A DNA stretch of 40,717 nucleotides from Candidatus Methylomirabilota bacterium (GTDB taxonomy: Bacteria; Methylomirabilota; Methylomirabilia; Rokubacteriales; CSP1-6). Position numbers and translations under genes: made by a program. The notes beneath the pieces were generated by a model that was not told the DNA's origin, ran no database searches, and worked only from the letters and a program-made list of their open reading frames with translations. This document shows positions 34,928 through 40,717 of this stretch, one piece after another (position 1 is the first letter of the stretch; each line of letters opens with the position of its first letter). The stretch lies in the NCBI GenBank assembly GCA_046726415.1, contig JBKPAK010000035.1, positions 1 through 40,717 on the forward strand. The letters run 5' to 3'.

Positions 34928-37852
34928 GTGAACGACCTCGAGCAGGCACTCCGGAAGGTCATCGCCGGCGACGTCCGCTTCGACCCGTTCTCCAAGCTCC
35001 TCTACTCGACGGACGCGTCGATGTACCAGGTAGAGCCGCTCGGGGTCGTGGTCCCGCGTGACGCCGCCGACGTGCAGGCCGCGCTGGAGGTGGCGCGTCA
35101 GCACCACGTCGCCGTGCTGCCCCGCGGCGGCGGCACCTCGCTGACCGGCCAAACCGTCAACCGCGCCCTCGTCCTCGATTTCTCCGCTCACCTGAACCAG
35201 GTGCTCGAGGTCAACACCGACGAGTTGTGGGCGCGGGTCCAGCCCGGGTTGGTGCAGGACGAGCTGAACCATCACGTGCGCCCGTTCGGACTGCTCTTCG
35301 GCCCCGATACCTCCACGTCCAATCGGGCCACCCTGGGCGGCATGCTGGGCAACAACTCCGGCGGTTCGCATTCCATCACCTATGGCCTCACCGTGGACCA
35401 CGTCATCGAAGTGACGGCGCTCCTCGCCGACGGCACGCGGGTGGTCTTCAAGGAGCTTTCGCCCGGGGAGTTTGAGGCCAAGCGCGCGCTGGCCACCCTG
35501 GAGGGCGACGTCTACCGCGCGGTGGCCCGTCTGCGCGACGCGTATACAGAAGAGATCGGGCGGCGCTACCCGCCATACTGGCGGCGGGTCGCTGGCTACA
35601 ATCTCACCGAGTTGCTGGCCGGACCGGAGAGCGCGGTCTTCCGCCATCCCACGGGTGGCGCGGCGCCGGCGAACGGATCCGCGGCGCGGCCGTTCAATAT
35701 GGCGCGCCTGATCGTCGGCTCCGAAGGTACGCTGGTGACCATCCTCGAGGCGAAGGTCCGGCTATGCCGGCGGCCTACAGCCACGGCCCTCGACGTCATC
35801 CACTACCGCGACATGCTCGAGGCGCTGGAATCCTCGCAGCCTATTCTGGAAACGGGGCCGCACGCCGTAGAGCTCACCGACAAGCTGATCCTCGACCTCG
35901 CCCGCGGCAACATCGAGCAGTCGCAGCGGATGGGTTTCGTGCAGGGCGATCCCGAGGCCATCCTCATCGTCGAATACGCGGGCGACAGCAAGGCCGAGGT
36001 TCGCGGCAAGGTGGATGCGCTGGAAGCGCTCCGCCAGCGCCGGCACTTCGGTTACGCGGCTTCCGTCGCCGTGGATTCGGCCGAACAGCAGTCGATCTGG
36101 AAGCTGCGCAAGGCGGGTCTGGGTCTGCTGCTCGGCATGAAAGGCGACAAGAAGCCCATCGCCTTCGTGGAGGACACCTGCGTCGAACCTCGACATCTGG
36201 CCGAGTTCGTCCCGCGATTCCAGCAGATCTTCGCCAAGCACGACACGGTTGGCGCGTACTACGGGCACTGTTCGGTCGGATGCCTGCACATCCGACCGGT
36301 CATCGACCTCAAGACGCCGCGCGGGCTCGAACAGGTGCGGGCCATCGCCGACGAGATCTTCGATCTGGTGGGGGAATATCACGGGACGATCTCCAGCGAG
36401 CACGGCGACGGGCGGGCCCGCAGCCCGTATCTCGAGCGCATGTATGGGCCGGCCATCATGCAGGCGTTCCGGGAGCTCAAGGGAGCCTTCGACCCGGAGA
36501 ACCGACTGAACCCCGGTAACATCGTGGCCAGTCCCAGCGTGACCGAGCACCTGCGCTACGGCACGTCGTATCGGACGTGGGAACCGAAGACGCTGCTCGA
36601 CTTCTCCGGGCAGGGCGGCTTCGCGGCGGCCATCGAGATGTGCAACGGGGTCGGGGTGTGCCGCAAGAAGCTGGAAGGGACCATGTGTCCTTCGTACATG
36701 GTCACCAAGGACGAGGAGCACTCTACGCGGGGCCGGGCCAATGCCCTGCGCGCGGTGCTATCCGGCAAGGTCCCGGCAGCGGAGTTCACCGGCCGGCGCC
36801 TCTACGAGGTCATGGACCTCTGTCTGGAGTGCAAGGGCTGCAAGGCCGAATGCCCGTCCAACGTGGACATGGCCAAGCTGAAGTACGAGTTCCTGCACCA
36901 CTACTTCGAGGCCAATGGATTGCCCCTGCGCAACCGGCTGTTCGGCCGCATCGCCGAGCTGAACGAGATGCAGGCCCGGGCGCCGCGGCTCAGCAACTGG
37001 CTGGCGCGCCGGGCGGTGGGCCGTCGGCTGCTCGGGGCGATGGCAGGGATCGATCCACGGCGCCCCCTGCCGGCGCTGGCTCCGCAGACGTTCACCCACT
37101 GGTTCGCCCGCCATCGTCCGGCGCCGACCGCGCCGCGCGGCGAGGTCGTGCTCTTCCACGACACCTTCGTGACGTACAACACGCCGGCCATCGGCCAGGC
37201 CGCCGTAGCCCTCCTGGAACACGCCGGCTATCGCGTTCTCCTCGCCGACAAGAAGTGCTGTGGCCGGCCGATGATCTCCAAAGGCATGCTGACCCAGGCG
37301 CGCGAGCATGCGGGCTGGAACGTGGAACGGCTGCACCCGCTGGTGGCGCGCGGCGTACCCGTGGTGGGCCTCGAGCCGTCGTGTCTGCTCACGCTGCGCG
37401 ACGAGTCGGTCGATCTGCTCGGCACCGACGAGGCCCGCGCGGTGGCCCGTGAAAGCTATCTGCTCGAGGAGTTCCTCGTCCGCGAGCGCAGGCGCGGGCT
37501 GGAGCTTCGCTTTCGCGAGCATGGCCGGCGCGCCCTGCTCCACGGCCACTGTCACCAGAAGGCCATGGTCGGAACGGCTCCCACCGTGGCCGCCCTGCGC
37601 TGGGCCGGCTTCCAGGTGGCCGAGGTCGATTCGGGCTGCTGCGGGATGGCCGGTTCCTTCGGCTTCGAGAAGGAGCACTACGATGTCTCGGTCGCCGTGG
37701 GGAATCGGAGGCTGATTCCCGCCGTCACCGCCGAGCCCGCGTCCACCGAAATCGTGGCGCCGGGCATCTCCTGCCGCCAGCAGATCGACCACCTCGCCGG
37801 GCGCCGGGCCAGGCACCCCGCAGAAGTTCTCTGGGAAACACTCGCGCGCTGA
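34928..37852 (+). CDS. FAD-linked oxidase fused to an Fe-S/CCG domain (GlcD/GlcF-like, YdiJ-type hydroxy-acid dehydrogenase)
   Basis: YSTDASMY, PRGGGTSLTGQ, GSEGTL, GCLHIRP, SEHGDG, CNGVGVC..MCPSY, CLECKGC..ECP, CCG and HGHCHQ motifs. Confidence 0.92.
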   Translation: MNDLEQALRKVIAGDVRFDPFSKLLYSTDASMYQVEPLGVVVPRDAADVQAALEVARQHHVAVLPRGGGTSLTGQTVNRALVLDFSAHLNQVLEVNTDELWARVQPGLVQDELNHHVRPFGLLFGPDTSTSNRATLGGMLGNNSGGSHSITYGLTVDHVIEVTALLADGTRVVFKELSPGEFEAKRALATLEGDVYRAVARLRDAYTEEIGRRYPPYWRRVAGYNLTELLAGPESAVFRHPTGGAAPANGSAARPFNMARLIVGSEGTLVTILEAKVRLCRRPTATALDVIHYRDMLEALESSQPILETGPHAVELTDKLILDLARGNIEQSQRMGFVQGDPEAILIVEYAGDSKAEVRGKVDALEALRQRRHFGYAASVAVDSAEQQSIWKLRKAGLGLLLGMKGDKKPIAFVEDTCVEPRHLAEFVPRFQQIFAKHDTVGAYYGHCSVGCLHIRPVIDLKTPRGLEQVRAIADEIFDLVGEYHGTISSEHGDGRARSPYLERMYGPAIMQAFRELKGAFDPENRLNPGNIVASPSVTEHLRYGTSYRTWEPKTLLDFSGQGGFAAAIEMCNGVGVCRKKLEGTMCPSYMVTKDEEHSTRGRANALRAVLSGKVPAAEFTGRRLYEVMDLCLECKGCKAECPSNVDMAKLKYEFLHHYFEANGLPLRNRLFGRIAELNEMQARAPRLSNWLARRAVGRRLLGAMAGIDPRRPLPALAPQTFTHWFARHRPAPTAPRGEVVLFHDTFVTYNTPAIGQAAVALLEHAGYRVLLADKKCCGRPMISKGMLTQAREHAGWNVERLHPLVARGVPVVGLEPSCLLTLRDESVDLLGTDEARAVARESYLLEEFLVRERRRGLELRFREHGRRALLHGHCHQKAMVGTAPTVAALRWAGFQVAEVDSGCCGMAGSFGFEKEHYDVSVAVGNRRLIPAVTAEPASTEIVAPGISCRQQIDHLAGRRARHPAEVLWETLAR

Positions 37853-37897
37853 CCGCCGTTCTGCGGGGGGCAGCCTTCATTCGGAAAGGAGAATCCC

Positions 37898-38734
37898 ATG
37901 ACCCTGACTCGACGCGCCATGCTGCAGGTTGGCGGTGGAACTTTTGCCGGTTATTGCCTGGCGGCGGAGCCGGTGCTCGCCCAGGCGATCAAGACGGACA
38001 CGAGCGGCATCGTGGCGGGGGAAGCCGAGGTGAAGATCGGCGACTATGGGATGCCCGTCTACGAGGCGCGACCCGCCTCGGGGAGCGGCCATCCCATCAT
38101 CCTCGTGATCTCCGAGATCTTCGGGGTGCACGAGTACATCCGCGACTCCACTCGCCGCTTCGCCAAGGAGGGTTACTACGCAGTCGCCCCAGAGCTCTTC
38201 AAGCGCGAGGGCGGAGTGTCGCACCTCACGAATGTCCAGGAAATTCTAAAAATCGTTCTCAGTCAGCCGCGTCCCCAGACTCTGGGCGACCTCAAGGCTG
38301 CTGTCGACTGGGCCAAGACCCGACCCGGCGTACGCGCAGATCGAGTCGGTGTCACCGGCTGGTGCTGGGGCGGCTCGACCACAATCCAGGTCGCCGCCAC
38401 CAACTCGGACATGAAGGCGGCTGTGGCCTGGTACGGACCGCCCGGACGGCCCTATCAGGGGCCCTCAGGCCCGGTCACCGGATTCGACGTGGCCAAGGAC
38501 ATCAAGATCCCGCTCCTGCTGCTCCTGGGGGAGACCGATAGCAATCCCACGCCGGCCGACGGACACAAGTTCGTGGAACTGGTCAAACAGATGAACCCCA
38601 ATGTGGAGGTCGTCGTATATCCGGGCGCGGGCCATGGCTTCCACGCGGATTACCGCCCGAGTTACAACGCCGCCGCGGCCACCGACGCCTGGAAACGCTG
38701 TACGGGTTGGTTCGAGAAATATCTAAAGGGATGA
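37898..38734 (+). CDS. Tat-exported dienelactone hydrolase family protein (YghX-like)
   Basis: AAAGGAG RBS; TRRAML Tat signal; EIFGVHEYI, GWCWGG, AGHGFHADYRPSY. Confidence 0.92.
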   Translation: MTLTRRAMLQVGGGTFAGYCLAAEPVLAQAIKTDTSGIVAGEAEVKIGDYGMPVYEARPASGSGHPIILVISEIFGVHEYIRDSTRRFAKEGYYAVAPELFKREGGVSHLTNVQEILKIVLSQPRPQTLGDLKAAVDWAKTRPGVRADRVGVTGWCWGGSTTIQVAATNSDMKAAVAWYGPPGRPYQGPSGPVTGFDVAKDIKIPLLLLLGETDSNPTPADGHKFVELVKQMNPNVEVVVYPGAGHGFHADYRPSYNAAAATDAWKRCTGWFEKYLKG

Positions 38735-38767
38735 ATGGCAACCTACTGAATAAGGGGGCGCGAGCGG

Positions 38768-40315
38768 TCATAGGGATCGGTACGTAGGCAGCTCCTCGAC
38801 GTGGCGGTGGCACATCTCACAGCTCGTGAGGCCACGGGCGCGCGCGGCGTGATCGAGCACGGTGCGCGCCCAGACGCGGAAGCGGCGATAGCTCGCGTAG
38901 ACCTCGGCGGGAGGCGTTGCCGCCCCGCCGAGGTCGTAGTGGGGCGCGTCCTTCTCGATGGCGAAGGGGCAGGCGTGGTACTCCCCGGTCGAGCGCAGTA
39001 CGGGAAAGCAGAGTAGACACTCCGACTGTGCGTGGTACTCGGCCTCGCGATCCCGGTTCAAGCGCTGGTTCATAGCCGCCCCCGCGCGGTACAGCACCTT
39101 GTATCCGGAGAAGAGGCGCAGCGGATTGGCGTTCGACCACTCCTCGAGCAGCGCCTTGGCGCGGGCGGGCAGCGGCCGAGCGTCGCGACCCAGGTAGATC
39201 GAGTAGTTCAGGACGGCCTCGCTGCGCGGGTCGCTCTCGAGGATCCGGATGAGCGCGCGGGCGCGCACGCCATTCGAGAAAATGGTGAAGAGCCCGCGAA
39301 AGCCGCGCGTGCGGAGGTGGCGCATGGCGGCCATGAGCCCGTCGGCGCGGAGGGTAGGCTCACCTCCGTAGAACTTGATGTTCCCATCGGCAGCGATGGC
39401 CGTCGCCGCCGCGTCGAGCACCCTCTCGGTGTACGCCTGGTGCCAGCCCGCTGGGGAGCCGAACACAGTGCACCAGCGGCACGCTCGGTTGCAGAAATTC
39501 CCGTCGTAGAGGTACAGCTCGCGCAGCTCTCGGTCGCCGTCGTGAAAGGCTTCCACGCTCTCGTGAAAGGTGATGGGCCGGATATTCGGTGCACGGTGAG
39601 CGTCGTTCAGCCCCCAGTCGTAGACGTTGTAGACCATCTCGTACCCGGCGAGTTCTGACAGCGAGCGCCCGGCGTGCTCGGCGATGAAGGCGATGACACC
39701 CTGCCGATAGTCTTCGGTGGAGGTCGCCGCGCCCGCGAAATCGTCCGCGTACATCCGGAAGAGGCGCGAGACGTAGATGCGCTTCTGGGCGGCATCGATA
39801 CGGCAATTCCACTCGCTGGTTAGGAACTGGCGGGTGGCGGCCCGCAGGGTCTTGCGGAGGCCCTCCGGCTGGTAGGCCTCGGGCCGCATCGGCGGGCAGC
39901 CGTTCGACGCACAGTTGATGGCGAAGTGGATGTGCGGCTCGTGGAAGCGCTGACGCAGGATGCGATGCTCGATGTCGTCGAGGCTTAGTCGTGCGCCGCC
40001 GGCGTCGTGACGACGCCGGTCAAAGAACCGACCGTCCTGCACCTTCCACACCGAGCGGATCGGGTACTCGTCGATCACGGCGTGCAGGACGAAGGCGTTG
40101 TAGGCGTTGATCCAGTAGGCGAGGGCGTGCTCCTCGGTCGGGAACTGTTCGGGATGCGTATCGGGGCTGGCCGTGGCCAGCCCGGCGATGAATTGCTCGA
40201 GAAGATTGCGCTGTTCCGCGAGAGCCAGGTAGTCGACCTTCCCGTCCGGTGTCACGATGGCGGCGAGCAGGGCCGACCACGGCGCGTAGTCAAATGTCGG
40301 AGCGGGGGCGGACAT
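38768..40315 (-). CDS. DUF547 domain-radical SAM fusion protein
   Basis: N-half: GKVDY, LAYWINAYNA, SLDDIEHRILR, EPHIHFAINCASNGCP, SRLF..YADDF, YDWGLN. C-half: CNRACRWC (CxxxCxxC), YGGEP, FSNG, C-terminal CLLC/ACPF/CEMC. GAGGA RBS. Confidence 0.85.
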   Translation of the reverse strand: MSAPAPTFDYAPWSALLAAIVTPDGKVDYLALAEQRNLLEQFIAGLATASPDTHPEQFPTEEHALAYWINAYNAFVLHAVIDEYPIRSVWKVQDGRFFDRRRHDAGGARLSLDDIEHRILRQRFHEPHIHFAINCASNGCPPMRPEAYQPEGLRKTLRAATRQFLTSEWNCRIDAAQKRIYVSRLFRMYADDFAGAATSTEDYRQGVIAFIAEHAGRSLSELAGYEMVYNVYDWGLNDAHRAPNIRPITFHESVEAFHDGDRELRELYLYDGNFCNRACRWCTVFGSPAGWHQAYTERVLDAAATAIAADGNIKFYGGEPTLRADGLMAAMRHLRTRGFRGLFTIFSNGVRARALIRILESDPRSEAVLNYSIYLGRDARPLPARAKALLEEWSNANPLRLFSGYKVLYRAGAAMNQRLNRDREAEYHAQSECLLCFPVLRSTGEYHACPFAIEKDAPHYDLGGAATPPAEVYASYRRFRVWARTVLDHAARARGLTSCEMCHRHVEELPTYRSL

Positions 40316-40492
40316 GATCGGGTTCCTCGTGTAGCGATCCACGCCGACGCCGCGCTCCGTCCGCGGCGCCGAGGTGCCCCCCAACCGACCGCGCGAGTGA
40401 ACGAGGCGTGTCACGAGATCGTGAACTCGCCGGGAGTCAGCGTTGCGCTCGTCCTCGTCGCGGCCCCCCTCGGCCGGCGGCCGAACCGCACC

Positions 40493-40717
40493 TTACACCA
40501 TGAACGGGATGTCGGACGCGCTCGTCGGGTACGCGTACAGCACCTGCTTCAGCTCGCTGGCGGGAATGTCGAAGCGAATGGCCACCGCGAAGAGGTTGAT
40601 CACTTCGGCGGCGTGCGGCCCCAGCAGGTGGGCGCCCAGGACGCGCCCGTTCTCCTCGTCCACGAGCACCTTGTAGCCCGACGCCGTCTCGCCGACCCGC
40701 CGTGCGGAGAGCCACGA
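40493..40717 (-). CDS. Pyridine nucleotide-disulfide oxidoreductase (glutathione reductase/MerA-like) C-terminal dimerisation domain, partial
   Basis: Manual translation: GYKVLVDEENGRVLGAHLLGPHAAEVINLFAVAIRF..LYAYPTSASDIPFMV*. Confidence 0.85.
   Translation of the reverse strand, partial: SWLSARRVGETASGYKVLVDEENGRVLGAHLLGPHAAEVINLFAVAIRFDIPASELKQVLYAYPTSASDIPFMV

Noticed and set aside
117-37816. Numerous long antisense or alternative-frame ORFs (e.g. 117-983, 18403-20115, 26479-28428, 29808-31937)
   Set aside because: Shadow ORFs expected in high-GC DNA, overlapping well-supported genes and lacking family motifs.
37853-37897. Moco-riboswitch-like 3' end (GCCTTC..GGAAAGGAG)
   Set aside because: The intergenic space is only 45 nt and the upstream aptamer stems are missing; it is explained as an RBS.

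Overview
A GC-rich bacterial chromosomal window of mostly metabolic genes. Gene content and style suggest a soil Rokubacteria/Methylomirabilota-like organism, but that assignment is inference only. In order it carries: a partial PMM/PGM; a CMD-hisN-GT9 operon; a nitrilase-fold protein lacking its catalytic Cys; a CyaC-type heme/2Fe-2S cyclase; trpB2; a decaying accessory patch (frameshifted CoA-transferase and amidohydrolase, amine oxidase, LLM, D-aminoacylase, a cyclase C-terminal relic, an orphan BufA1/DUF2282 precursor); DUF993; a molybdo-hydroxylase/LLM/HapK/DUF917/hydantoinase cluster; pepE and yciI; a HelY helicase; a lipoprotein and ggt; ydjC; a CPBP protease; a TlpA; a GlcD/GlcF-like fusion; a dienelactone hydrolase; a DUF547-radical SAM fusion; and the 3' end of a disulfide reductase. 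No rRNA, tRNA, CRISPR array or transposase was seen. The most notable unexplained features are (1) a ~480-bp non-coding, strand-specifically structured segment bracketed by a 25-bp direct repeat of the yciI start, (2) the DUF547-radical SAM fusion, (3) a triple-palindrome element in frame inside ggt, (4) the Cys-less nitrilase, and (5) a 19-bp bidirectional leaderless promoter.
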